A program made the translations under genes and the position numbers. Shown in pieces: positions 36,910 to 47,058 of a DNA stretch of 47,058 nt (position 1 is its first letter; the number at the start of each line of letters is the position of its first letter). A model generated the notes under the pieces. It worked only from the letters and a program-made list of their open reading frames with translations, searched no databases and had not been told where the DNA came from. Where the stretch lies: the NCBI GenBank assembly GCA_050115495.1, contig JASFQK010000045.1, positions 1 through 47,058 on the forward strand, written 5' to 3'. This DNA comes from Phycisphaerae bacterium (GTDB taxonomy: Bacteria; Planctomycetota; Phycisphaerae; UBA1845; Fen-1342).

Positions 36910-38040
36910 TCAGGGCGTCGCGACATCGCGAGCGACCTGTTCGAGGGCGGTGTCGAGTTCGCCGGCGCGCTTTGGCCAGAAGAACCGGGCCACGGCTCGT
37001 CGGGCGCGATTGCTGTCGCCGGACCACAGGTCGCCGGCGGCCAGCGCGGTGGCCAGTTGCGCCAAACGCTCGGTCAGGGCAGGGGGACTGCCGTCGTAGA
37101 AGAACGTGTCGGGGTCGAGCACGTGTGCGGCGCTGAGAATCTCCGGGTAGGCCAACCGGCGCGGCAGCAGGGGGTACGCGCCGGCGGCGATGGCCTCGAT
37201 CACACTTACGCCGAAGAACTCGTGCTCCGCCGTCGAGACTGCGACGTCGGCCTCGCGCAGGGCGTCTTCGTACGCCGCACGGTTGGGCTGATACCCCCAA
37301 CGGTCGATCAGATCGGCGAACTCGCTTCGCGCCTCGGCGAAGATCGGTGGCGATTCGGCGAACTGCTCGCCGATGACGCTGAGGCGGAAGGGGAGGCCGC
37401 GCTCGCGCAGGCCGCGGACGGCGGCGAAGAACGCGTCGGGGTTCTTGTCGTGCTCCCAGCGGGCGGCCCAGAGCACACGCAGTGGGCCGGGTAGTCGGGT
37501 CGCGCGCGGCTCGATCTCCCGCACACCGAGCGGCTGGACGGCGCTGCGGGCCCGGATGCGCTCGGCGGCGTCGGGCAGGCGGTAGTCGGGCATCTTGCGC
37601 AGGGCCTGCTGCAACGCGGCGAGGAAGTCGTCGCAGTGAAAGGCCGAGTTGAACCAGACGCGGTCCGCCGCCAGAGCCGTGGTCATGTTGACGAAGCCGA
37701 AGTGCAGGTCGCGCTCCTGCATGCAGCGGAACGGATAGGTGAGTTGGTTCTCGTGGAAATACGCCACCGCCGGCAACCGCCGGATCGGCTCGGCGACCAG
37801 GCCGCGGAACTCGGCGAGGTTCAGCATATCGGAGCAGAAGAGGAGGTCCCACGCCCGGCCTTCGCTGGCCAGCGTTGCCGTTTCGTCGGCGAGCGTGACC
37901 GCCGCGTGCCGCATCCGCCACTTCCACTTGCGTGGCGGCAGGCCGACGATGGTCCATTCGTGGCGGCTGCGTTCGGACCAGTCTTCGAGAAAGGCCCGGT
38001 GACTGCCGCCGAAGTAAGGCTCGAGGGCGAGGATACGCAT
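36910..38040 (-). CDS. DUF3524 plus GT4-type glycosyltransferase (GTDC1/QTMAN-like)
   Basis: LEPYFGGSH, LPPRKWKWRMR, YFHENQLTYP, FNSAFH, RWEHDKNP and STAEHEFFGVSVIEA. Confidence 0.88.
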   Translation of the reverse strand: MRILALEPYFGGSHRAFLEDWSERSRHEWTIVGLPPRKWKWRMRHAAVTLADETATLASEGRAWDLLFCSDMLNLAEFRGLVAEPIRRLPAVAYFHENQLTYPFRCMQERDLHFGFVNMTTALAADRVWFNSAFHCDDFLAALQQALRKMPDYRLPDAAERIRARSAVQPLGVREIEPRATRLPGPLRVLWAARWEHDKNPDAFFAAVRGLRERGLPFRLSVIGEQFAESPPIFAEARSEFADLIDRWGYQPNRAAYEDALREADVAVSTAEHEFFGVSVIEAIAAGAYPLLPRRLAYPEILSAAHVLDPDTFFYDGSPPALTERLAQLATALAAGDLWSGDSNRARRAVARFFWPKRAGELDTALEQVARDVATP

Positions 38041-38171
38041 GCTGCGCGGCAGCGTACCGCAGGACGGTCGGCGGGCCAATCGCCGCCGGCGGGGCGATTG
38101 TCGAGGGTGGGGCGGGCGCTTATTCTGCCCGCGTCCGGCGGCGCGGTGCCGGGACGAAGTGGGAGCATCAC

Positions 38172-38804
38172 GTGACCAGGCAGACGCACACGTTTCCACT
38201 GCTGGTGTTGGTGGCGTTCATCGTCGCTCTGGCGTGGTCGGGCATCGCCCCGCGCGACCGGTTCACGTGGGTTCTCGAGGTCTTCCCCGCCGTCATCGGA
38301 GCGGTGGTTTTGGTGGCGACGTACCGGCGGTTCCGCTTCACGTCGCTCGTGTACGGGCTGATGTGGGTGCACGCGTTGATCCTGCTCGCCGGCGGGCACT
38401 ACACGTACGCGGAGATGCCGCTGTTCGACTGGCTCCGTGACGTGCTGGGCCTGGCCCGCAACCACTACGACCGGCTGGGGCACGTCGCCCAGGGGTTTAT
38501 CCCGGCGCTCGTGGTGCGCGAGGTCCTGCTGCGCACATCGCCGCTACGGCCCGGGCGTTGGTTGTTCTTTCTGGTTGTCTGCGTGTGCCTGGCGTTGAGC
38601 GCGGTGTACGAGCTGCTCGAAATGGCCGTGGCCGTCACCACGGGCGAGTCGGCGGAGGCCTTCCTCGCTCTTCAGGGCGACGTGTGGGATACGCAGAAGG
38701 ACATGGCCCTGGCGCTGATCGGTGCCGTGGCGGCCCTGCTGACGCTGGGCCGCGTGCAAGATCGTGCGGTGCGAGCGCTGACGGGGGCCGATTCAAGCTC
38801 GTAG
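38172..38804 (+). CDS. DUF2238/YjdF-family inner membrane protein
   Basis: DRFTWVLE, GGHYTYAEMP, RNHYDRLGH and QGDVWDTQKDM. Confidence 0.9.
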   Translation: MTRQTHTFPLLVLVAFIVALAWSGIAPRDRFTWVLEVFPAVIGAVVLVATYRRFRFTSLVYGLMWVHALILLAGGHYTYAEMPLFDWLRDVLGLARNHYDRLGHVAQGFIPALVVREVLLRTSPLRPGRWLFFLVVCVCLALSAVYELLEMAVAVTTGESAEAFLALQGDVWDTQKDMALALIGAVAALLTLGRVQDRAVRALTGADSSS

Positions 38805-38812
38805 ATCGGCGG

Positions 38813-39781
38813 TTACTCGATTCCCTGTGCCGCGAGCCAGCGTTCGGCGTCGAGGGCGGCCATGCAGCCGCTGCCGGCTGCGGTGATCGCCTGACGGTAG
38901 ACGTGGTCGGCCACGTCGCCGGCGGCGAAGACGCCTTCGACGCTGGTGTACGTGCGGCCGGGCTCTGTGAGTTGCAGATAGCCCTTGTCGTCCGTCGCCA
39001 GGTGGCCCTTGAACAGCTCGGTGTTCGGCGTGTGACCGATGGCGACGAAGAGACCCTTGCAGGGCAGGTCGTGCTGCTCGCCGGTCTTGACGTTCTTCAA
39101 CCGCACGGCGGTGATGGCCTGATCGCCGAGCACGTCGACGACGACGCTGTTCCAGACGGGGGCCATCTTCCCTTCCTCGACGAGGTGGAAGAAACGTTCC
39201 TGCATGGCCTTCGAGGCGCGGAGCTCTTCCCGGCGGTGGACGAGGTGCACCTTGCTGGCGAACTTCGTGAGGTAGCTGCCTTCCTCGACGGCGGAGTCGC
39301 CGCCGCCGACCACGACCAGCTCCTGGTTGCGGTACATGGGCATGGCCCCGTCGCAGACGGCGCAGGCGGAGACACCGCCGCCGCACTGGGCCAGGCGCTG
39401 CTCGTTTTCGAGGTTGAGCCAGTTGGCTCGGGCCCCGGTGGCGATGATGAGACTCTGGGCCTGCGCGGTGTGGTCGTCGCTACGGACGGTGAAGGGCCGG
39501 CGCGTGAGGTCGATTCCGGTCACGTCCTCGCGGATGAAGCGTGTGCCGAAGCGCTCGGCCTGGTCGCGGAAGGCCTTCATCATGCGCGGGCCGGTGATGC
39601 CCTCGGGAAAGCCGGGGTAGTTCTCGACCTCGCTGGTGAACATGAGCTGTCCGCCGGGGATGAGGCCGCCGGCGCTATAGCCCTCGAAGACGAGCGGGTT
39701 GAGGCTGGCCCGGGCGGCGTAGATGGCCGCGGTCAGGCCGGCGGGTCCGGAACCGATGATGACGACCTTTTCTGTGTCCAT
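38813..39781 (-). CDS. trxB: Thioredoxin-disulfide reductase
   Basis: IGSGPAGLTAAIY, GGQL, VENYPGF, SACAVCDG, GGGDSAVEE and FAAGDV. Confidence 0.96.
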   Translation of the reverse strand: MDTEKVVIIGSGPAGLTAAIYAARASLNPLVFEGYSAGGLIPGGQLMFTSEVENYPGFPEGITGPRMMKAFRDQAERFGTRFIREDVTGIDLTRRPFTVRSDDHTAQAQSLIIATGARANWLNLENEQRLAQCGGGVSACAVCDGAMPMYRNQELVVVGGGDSAVEEGSYLTKFASKVHLVHRREELRASKAMQERFFHLVEEGKMAPVWNSVVVDVLGDQAITAVRLKNVKTGEQHDLPCKGLFVAIGHTPNTELFKGHLATDDKGYLQLTEPGRTYTSVEGVFAAGDVADHVYRQAITAAGSGCMAALDAERWLAAQGIE

Positions 39782-39868
39782 GGTGACTCCCAATTGCCGG
39801 AAACGGCAACTGATGATAGCCGGCTCTTCGGGAAAAGCGCGCGGGGACCTGCGAGTGGGCTCGGGCGC

Positions 39869-41032
<1,164 letters not shown>

Positions 41033-41084
41033 AACTGCACCTCGTCTCGGCCGGGCCGTCGCCCGGCGACCGAATCCCCGACTG

Positions 41085-42806
41085 CTATTCCTCGCTCGCC
41101 ACCACGCCCTCGCTCTGCGTGATGCGGGCGATCTCGGCCGGCGTGGTCACGCCGTTGAGGATCTTCAACTTGCCGTCTTCGAGCAGGTTGCGCATGCCGG
41201 CGGCGCGGGCCGCCGCCCGGACCTGGCCGGCGGGCGCCCGGTTGAACGCCAGTTCGCGCAGCTCGTTGTTCATTTCCAGCATCTCGAAGATGCCCTGCCG
41301 CCCGCGGTAGCCGATGCCGCCGCAGCGGTTGCAGCCCACGCCGTGATACACGTGGTGGCCGACCAGGTCCTCGTCGGAGATGTTCAGCAGCTTGAGGACG
41401 AACCGGTCGGGCGCCGGGTCGACTTGCTTGCACTCCTTGCAGATCACGCGGATCAGGCGCTGGGCCATGATGGCCTGCACGGACGAGGCCACCAGGAAGG
41501 GCTTGATGCCCATGTCGATCAGACGCGTGATGGCGCTGGGGGCGTCGTTGGTGTGCAGCGTGCTGAAGACCAGGTGCCCGGTGAGGGCGGCCTGCACGGC
41601 CACCTCGCCCACCTCGCGGTCACGAATCTCGCCCACCAGGATGATGTTCGGTGCCTGACGCAGCATGGCGCGCAGGATGCGGGCGAAGGTCAGGCCGATA
41701 TCCTCCTTCACCTGGCACTGGTTCATGCCGGTGAAGTTGTACTCGACCGGGTCCTCGGCCGTGATGATCTTGCGGTCGGGCCGGTTCAGCTCCTGCAGCG
41801 CCGCGTAGAGCGTCGTCGTCTTGCCCGAGCCCGTCGGTCCGGTGACCAGGAAGATGCCGTTGGGCTGGCGGATGATGTTCAGGAATCGGTCGTAGTTGTC
41901 CTGCTCGAAGCCGAGACCGGTGATACCCACTTTCACCGAGTCCGGTCGCAGAATACGCAGCACGACGCTCTCGCCGTGATACGCCGGAAGCGAGCTGACG
42001 CGGAAGTCGATCTGCTGGCTGCCAAAGCGCATCTTGATACGGCCGTCCTGCGGCAGGCGCTTCTCGGCGATGTCGATGCCGGAAATGATCTTCAGGCGGG
42101 CCAGCACCGGGCCCTGCATGCTGCGCGGAATGTTGTCGCGGACGACGCACACACCGTCGATGCGATAGCGCACCCGGACGCGATCGGACATGGGCTCGAC
42201 GTGGATGTCCGAGGCCCGCATCCGCACCGCTTCCGAGATGATCAGGTTGATGAGCTTGACGACGGGGGCGTCCTCATCGGCCTCGACCCCGGTTTTCTTG
42301 GCGCCCTCGGTGCTCGTGGCCTCGCGGGCGTCGCGGTCGATCTCCTCGATCGCCTCGTCGACGCTGCTGCCCACGCTGCTCATGAACGTGTCGATGAACC
42401 GCTGGATCTTGCTGCGCGGGGCGAGCACGCACTCCAGCTCGAGCCCGAGCATGAACCGCAACTTGTCCAGCAGCTCCAGGTTCAGCGGGTCGGAGATGAT
42501 GATCTTGAGCCGGTTGCCCTCCTGGGCCAGCGGCAGCACACGCTCCTGGGCGATCACCTTGTCCGGAATGAGCTCGAGCGCGGTGGGAACGTGGACGTTC
42601 TTGTCCAGGTCGATGTATTCGAGGCCGAACTGGCTGGCCAGGGCCTTGGAGACGTCGTCCTCCGTCGCCAGCTCGAGCTCCACCAGCGCTTCGCCGATCC
42701 GGCGGCCGTGCTCCCCGGCATAGGCCAGGGCGTCCGCCAGCGCCTGCGGGTTGATGACGTTCCAGCCGACGAGGATTTCGCCGAGTTTCTTGCGACGTCG
42801 AGCCAT
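41085..42806 (-). CDS. pilB: PilB/GspE-family assembly ATPase with N-terminal MshEN domain
   Basis: KLGEIL...RIGEALV...ALASQ; ASDIHVEP, RLPQDGR, GPTGSGKTTT, LRQAPNIILVGEIRD and CKEC...CNRC. Confidence 0.9.
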   Translation of the reverse strand: MARRRKKLGEILVGWNVINPQALADALAYAGEHGRRIGEALVELELATEDDVSKALASQFGLEYIDLDKNVHVPTALELIPDKVIAQERVLPLAQEGNRLKIIISDPLNLELLDKLRFMLGLELECVLAPRSKIQRFIDTFMSSVGSSVDEAIEEIDRDAREATSTEGAKKTGVEADEDAPVVKLINLIISEAVRMRASDIHVEPMSDRVRVRYRIDGVCVVRDNIPRSMQGPVLARLKIISGIDIAEKRLPQDGRIKMRFGSQQIDFRVSSLPAYHGESVVLRILRPDSVKVGITGLGFEQDNYDRFLNIIRQPNGIFLVTGPTGSGKTTTLYAALQELNRPDRKIITAEDPVEYNFTGMNQCQVKEDIGLTFARILRAMLRQAPNIILVGEIRDREVGEVAVQAALTGHLVFSTLHTNDAPSAITRLIDMGIKPFLVASSVQAIMAQRLIRVICKECKQVDPAPDRFVLKLLNISDEDLVGHHVYHGVGCNRCGGIGYRGRQGIFEMLEMNNELRELAFNRAPAGQVRAAARAAGMRNLLEDGKLKILNGVTTPAEIARITQSEGVVASEE

Positions 42807-42943
42807 CCGTACTCCCTGATCGCCGGCCGCCCCGCCGTCGCCGGCCGGTGCCGCCGTTCACCGCCCTCCCGGCGCACCATCATCGCGCCGGCTGTCCCCG
42901 CCGGCCGCAGGGCGAAACGCGGCCGCCCCGCCTGGAGCAAAAG

Positions 42944-42972
42944 ATTGTCTCCCCAGCGGCCGGCAAAAGCAA
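42944..42972 (-). promoter_or_regulatory. Candidate sigma70 promoter for pilB-pilT (TTGCTT-N17-GACAAT)
   Basis: Boxes at 42972-42967 and 42949-42944 in the thrC-pilB spacer. Confidence 0.4.
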
Positions 42973-42993
42973 GGTCGCGGAGCCGCCGGCGGG

Positions 42994-44367
42994 TCAGCGC
43001 TGCCCGAAGCGGTCCCGCAGCATCTTGCGCAAAGGCTCATATTCCCGTGACAACGTCCCGTAAGACTCCGGCCGCGACTCCAGCCCGACCAGGCTGGGCG
43101 GTGTCTCCGGCGTTAGCCCCAGCACAGCCTCGATTTCCTCCGGGAACTTCGCCGGATGGGCCGTCTCGACCGAGATAGCCGGCAGCTCCCGGGCCTCCGG
43201 ATGCTCCTCCAGGAATCGCATGAGCCCGGCCCAGCCGACGGCCCCGTGCGGCTCGAGGATGACGCCGTGCTGCTCGTGTGCCTCGCGGATCGTGGCCCGG
43301 GTTTGCTCGTCGCTGATGCTGACCGCGTACAGGTCGCGGCGCATAGCGGCCATGTCGGGCGCCTTGCGAACGTTGCCCGTCTCGTCCATCCAACCGCCGT
43401 ACACGTCCACCAGCCGGGCCAGGTTCGACGGGTGGCCGACGTTCATGGCGTTCGAGATGCACACGCGCGAAGGCTCGATCTTGTCGTACTGGCCCGTGCC
43501 CAGGAAGCGGGGTACCTCGTCGTTGGCGTTGGTGGCGATCACCAGCCAAGTGATGGGCAGGCCCATCCGCCGGGCGATCACCGCCCCCATCATGTCGCCG
43601 AAATTGCCTGACGGCACGCTGAACACGACCGGCTCGCCGGCGGCGACATCCGCCAGGTTGACGTAGGCGTACACGTAGTAGACGGCCTGCGGCAGCAGCC
43701 GGCCGATGTTGATCGAGTTGGCGCTGGTCAGACGGATGTCGCTCAGCTCCGGGTCGGCGAAGGCCCGCTTCACCAGCGCCTGGCAGTCGTCGAACTTCCC
43801 GTCGACGCCGATCGTCGTCACGTTGCCGCCGATGGTGGTCATCTGCCGGCGTTGACGGTCCGATACTTCGGCGGGCGGGAACAGCACGATGACGTGGACG
43901 CGGTCCACACCGCAGTAGGCATGGGCGACGGCGCTGCCCGTGTCGCCCGAGGTGGCGGTCAGGATAACCAACTCGCCGTCGGCGCCGCGCATCAGCACAC
44001 TCATCCAGCGGGCCATCATGCGGGCGGCGAAGTCCTTGAACGACGCCGTCGGCCCGCGGTCCAGCCGCAGCACGTGCCGCCGGGGGCAGACCGGTTCGAG
44101 CGGTACGTCGTAGTCGTACGCGTCGGCACAGAGGGCCGTCAGTGTGTCCTCATCGAAGGTGCCCGTGGTAAACGGCCGCAGAACGGCCTGGGCCACGTCG
44201 GCGTAAGGGCGGCCGCGCAGGCCCGCCAGGTCCGCCCGGCTCAGTGATGGATACGTCCGCGGGAGAAACAGCCCACGGTCGGCGGCCTGGCCCTGGAGCA
44301 GGGCTTCGCCCAGGCTGAGCTCGGGTACGGCACGGTTCGTGCTATGGAAGCGGACAGGTTCGTTCAT
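42994..44367 (-). CDS. thrC: Threonine synthase
   Basis: GPTASFKDF (PLP Lys), ATSGDTGSA, FDDCQ, SANSINIGRLLPQ, VPSGNFG and TAHPAKF. Confidence 0.95.
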   Translation of the reverse strand: MNEPVRFHSTNRAVPELSLGEALLQGQAADRGLFLPRTYPSLSRADLAGLRGRPYADVAQAVLRPFTTGTFDEDTLTALCADAYDYDVPLEPVCPRRHVLRLDRGPTASFKDFAARMMARWMSVLMRGADGELVILTATSGDTGSAVAHAYCGVDRVHVIVLFPPAEVSDRQRRQMTTIGGNVTTIGVDGKFDDCQALVKRAFADPELSDIRLTSANSINIGRLLPQAVYYVYAYVNLADVAAGEPVVFSVPSGNFGDMMGAVIARRMGLPITWLVIATNANDEVPRFLGTGQYDKIEPSRVCISNAMNVGHPSNLARLVDVYGGWMDETGNVRKAPDMAAMRRDLYAVSISDEQTRATIREAHEQHGVILEPHGAVGWAGLMRFLEEHPEARELPAISVETAHPAKFPEEIEAVLGLTPETPPSLVGLESRPESYGTLSREYEPLRKMLRDRFGQR

Positions 44368-44532
44368 GGCGTTTCCGGCGTTTTGTGTGGCGCCGGTTCA
44401 GAGGGCGCCCGATATCTCATTGTACGCGGGAACGGGCGGCCGACGAGACGGCCCAGTGGAGTACGCGGGGGCGAATGTGTATGCTGGTGATATGCCCTGT
44501 TTCCCTATGATTAGTGTGGCAGGAGAGTAGCC

Positions 44533-46005
44533 ATGTTCGGCAGTGAGAACGTTCACGTTACGCCGGGGATGCAGAAGTACATCGACAGGAACAACGCCTA
44601 CCTGGCCCGTCGCGACAAGTACATCCGTGACGTCGTGAAGAAGTGGAAGTTCGACACGATCGCCGTGCACGGTCTCTACAACGTTGAAGACGCGATCGAG
44701 GACTACCAGGGCTCGATCATCGAACCAATCTTCATGAGCACCTCGCAGGCCTTCCGTGACTCCGACGAGATGGCCGCCGCCCTTGGCTACCTCATCCCTA
44801 CGTGGTGCTACTCGCGCATCGCCAACCCCTCTACCTATTACTACGAGTGGACGCTGGCTTTGCTCGAAGGCTACGGCTTCGACGGCGAGACCTCCTGTTG
44901 CTCGACCTCCTCCGGCATGGCCGCGGTCATGACGGCCTGTCAGCCGTTCCTGGTTCACAAGCAGCACCACGTTCACGAGCCGCGCAACTTCGTCGCCACG
45001 GCCCAGTGCTACGGCGGCACGTTCCAGCAATTCAACGTGCGCCTCGCCGAAGAGCGCGACATCGAGTGTCGCTGGGTCACCGACCCCGCCAATATTGATG
45101 AGTGGGCGGCGAAGATCGACCAGAACACGCGTTTCCTCTACGGCGAACTGCCCAGTAACCCGCAGCAAGGCTTCTTCGACCTTAAGGCCGTCGCTGACCT
45201 CGCCCACAGCCACAACCTGCCCCTCATCTGCGACAGTACGATCGCTTCTGCGGCTCTTTTGCGGCCGATCGTGCACGGGGCCGATCTCGTGGTGCAGTCG
45301 GCGACGAAGACTCTGACGAGCAGCGGCTTCGGCGTCGCCGGCGCGGTCATCGCCAGGAAGGGTCTGACCTGCAACATTGACAACGACGACCTACGCAACG
45401 ACTTCAGCCTGTATGCGAAGTATCTGCCCAACCGCGACTACGGCCCGAACCTGCACCCCATGCAGGCCATCCTGACGCTCAACGATATGCGCACGCTGCG
45501 CTCGAAGATGGATCTGCTGAGCTGCAACACGATGAAGGTGGCCCGGTTCCTCTCCACGCACAAGCAGATCGAACGCGTCGAGTACCTTGGCCTGCCGGAT
45601 CACCCGCGGCACGAGATCGCCAGCAAGTACATGTGGCTGGTCGACTCGGAATACGACGATCAATACGGCGGCAAGCCGGTCAACCGCTACGGCCACCTGA
45701 TGTCATTCTGCGTCAAGGGTGGTGCGGAGACGACCCGCGCCGTGTTCGACGGTCTGCAGCGCATCTGGCGGGCCACCGACCTCGGTCGCATCAAGAGCGT
45801 CGCCACGATCCCCGCGATCTCGACCCACCAGCAGCAGGGCGAGGAAGGCCGCGCGCTGGCCCACATCCCGCCCAACATGATCCGCCTCTGCGTTGGCGGC
45901 GAGCACCCCGACGACATCATCGCCGACCTCGACCAAGCCCTGCACAGGGTCCGGTCGACGACGACCGTCGCCTGTGGCGTGCCCGGTTCCGTTGTCGCGA
46001 GCTAG
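44533..46005 (+). CDS. Cys/Met metabolism PLP-dependent enzyme (O-acylhomoserine sulfhydrylase/cystathionine gamma-synthase-like)
   Basis: DTIAVHG, YSRIANP, SSGMAA, YGGT, QSATK (PLP Lys), PAISTH and IRLCVGGEHPDDIIADL. AGGAG RBS. Confidence 0.88.
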   Translation: MFGSENVHVTPGMQKYIDRNNAYLARRDKYIRDVVKKWKFDTIAVHGLYNVEDAIEDYQGSIIEPIFMSTSQAFRDSDEMAAALGYLIPTWCYSRIANPSTYYYEWTLALLEGYGFDGETSCCSTSSGMAAVMTACQPFLVHKQHHVHEPRNFVATAQCYGGTFQQFNVRLAEERDIECRWVTDPANIDEWAAKIDQNTRFLYGELPSNPQQGFFDLKAVADLAHSHNLPLICDSTIASAALLRPIVHGADLVVQSATKTLTSSGFGVAGAVIARKGLTCNIDNDDLRNDFSLYAKYLPNRDYGPNLHPMQAILTLNDMRTLRSKMDLLSCNTMKVARFLSTHKQIERVEYLGLPDHPRHEIASKYMWLVDSEYDDQYGGKPVNRYGHLMSFCVKGGAETTRAVFDGLQRIWRATDLGRIKSVATIPAISTHQQQGEEGRALAHIPPNMIRLCVGGEHPDDIIADLDQALHRVRSTTTVACGVPGSVVAS

Positions 46006-46042
46006 CGTCGGATTGGTGATTTTCCGCAGTCGTCGGCGCGAC

Positions 46043-46828
46043 TTACGCGTCGGCCGGTGTCCGGCGCCACGCCGCCGGATCCTGCCGGTAGTAGAGCTGT
46101 AGCTGCGCGTACAGCTCGGGGTGCCGGGCCCGCATCGCCTCCGGCCGCTCGAAGAACGTCTCGGTGGCTACGGCGAAGAACTCGGCGGGGTTGGTGGCGC
46201 CGTATGGGCGGAGCACCGTCCGCCGACCGTGCGCTAGGTCGTCGCGCAGCCGGGCGAACTCCCGCGACATGACCTCCGCCCACGGTCCGTACATCGATCG
46301 CTCGGGCAGGACCGGCGCCCCCTCGACCGAGCCCGACTCGCCGTCGAGCTGGTGGGCGAACTCGTGCAGGACGACGTTGTAGCCGTCGCCTGGGTTGACG
46401 GCTCCGTGCCGGGCGTCGTCCCAGCTCAGCACGACCACGCCGCGAAGCCACGACTCGCCGGCCCGCACCTGCGGGCCCTCGGCGACGATGCCGCCGGGCA
46501 GGTGGCGCGTCGTGTCCACGACGTAGCGGGCCGGGTACACCAGGATCGAGCCGAGCCCGCGGTAGTAATCGGTCTCGCGGTTGAGCAGCAGCAGGCAAGC
46601 CTCGGCGGCGATCGTCAGGCGGATTTCGTCGGTGATGACCAGCCCGCCGCAACCCTCGAAACCCTTCTCGTGCAGGAAAACGTTCACGTGGCCGAGGAGC
46701 TGTTCCTGTTGATCGGCGGGCAGCATGAGGAACAGCGGCACGTTCCGCTCGATGATCGCGCGCTGTGCCGGCGGAAACGGCGTCTGCCGCAGTCGCCGCC
46801 TTCGCCTGCGTTTGAAAAGGCCGAACAA
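46043..46828 (-). CDS. MtfA-like zinc peptidase (M90 family)
   Basis: IAAEACLL, ILVYP, GESW, NVVLHEFAHQLD and YGATNPAEFFAVATETFFE. TTG start at 46828 after GGAGGG. Confidence 0.9.
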   Translation of the reverse strand: MFGLFKRRRRRRLRQTPFPPAQRAIIERNVPLFLMLPADQQEQLLGHVNVFLHEKGFEGCGGLVITDEIRLTIAAEACLLLLNRETDYYRGLGSILVYPARYVVDTTRHLPGGIVAEGPQVRAGESWLRGVVVLSWDDARHGAVNPGDGYNVVLHEFAHQLDGESGSVEGAPVLPERSMYGPWAEVMSREFARLRDDLAHGRRTVLRPYGATNPAEFFAVATETFFERPEAMRARHPELYAQLQLYYRQDPAAWRRTPADA

Positions 46829-46917
46829 GCCGGTTGCCCTCCACTGGCCATCGCGCCCGATGTAACGAGCTGCCACCTATTCAATACTTGTTCAGCGCAC
46901 GACGGTCAAAGAGCCCG

Positions 46918-46935
46918 GTAGGGCGGGCTTCGCCC
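46918..46935 (+). repeat. Truncated GTAG-type REP-like hairpin (GTAGGGCGGGCTTCGCCC)
   Basis: GTAG tetranucleotide followed by the stem-loop GGGC-TTC-GCCC. The outer GGC arm has no 3' partner at the point where the sequence switches to AT-richer DNA. Confidence 0.45.
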
Positions 46936-47058
46936 AATGGTACTAACCTTGGTCTTGACAGAATAGAGTCCTCGCTGATCTAAGTTGGTTATTGAGCAAG
47001 ACTTAGTCAGGAGGACTCGCCGATGTTCACGGATGAACACAGACGTATCGTATGGGAT
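46935..47058 (+). mobile_element. Left end of a probable insertion sequence (IS4-like), truncated by the window edge
   Basis: Abrupt GC drop starting CAATGGTACTAACC, TTGACA at 46955, a long inverted repeat covering the GGAGG RBS, then ATG 47023. Confidence 0.55.
47023..47058 (+). CDS. 5' end of a probable transposase (MFTDEHRRIVWD...)
   Basis: AGGAGG RBS and an open frame to the window edge. The identity is inferred from context. Confidence 0.5.
   Translation, partial: MFTDEHRRIVWD

Noticed and set aside
44368..44532. SAM riboswitch or T-box between thrC and the Met-family gene
   Set aside because: No SAM-I core (ATC...GAGGGA...GCAACC) and no T-box (GGTGGNACCGCG) is visible.

Overview
High-GC bacterial chromosomal segment, probably from a planctomycete (Phycisphaerae-like). 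This is inferred from a bacterial topoisomerase VI B gene, a PEP-CTERM protein and the intergenic repeat types. It is densely coding, with about 43 genes, mostly housekeeping: top6B, yhbY-like, polyprenyl synthase, rlmN, rpmE-prfA, panB, birA, coaD, pyrK, trxB, pilB-pilT, thrC and a MetY/MetB-like PLP enzyme. Between these lie signalling genes (two receiver-domain proteins, an Rrf2 regulator, a REC-GGDEF-degenerate HD-GYP protein) and uncharacterised exported proteins. I found no rRNA, tRNA or CRISPR array. The most interesting signals are: (1) an unannotated ~110-nt candidate small RNA with its own promoter and terminator at 30061-30204 (-); (2) a cluster of exported proteins: a TPR protein, an HExxH metallopeptidase-like protein and an IdeS/Mac-like cysteine protease with a PEP-CTERM anchor; (3) a shared sigma28-like motif ahead of both signalling loci, plus a MshEN-bearing PilB, which suggests a c-di-GMP circuit; (4) the left end of a probable IS4-type element, apparently inserted into a GTAG REP-like hairpin at the right edge. 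All product calls come from motif recognition; no database searches were run.
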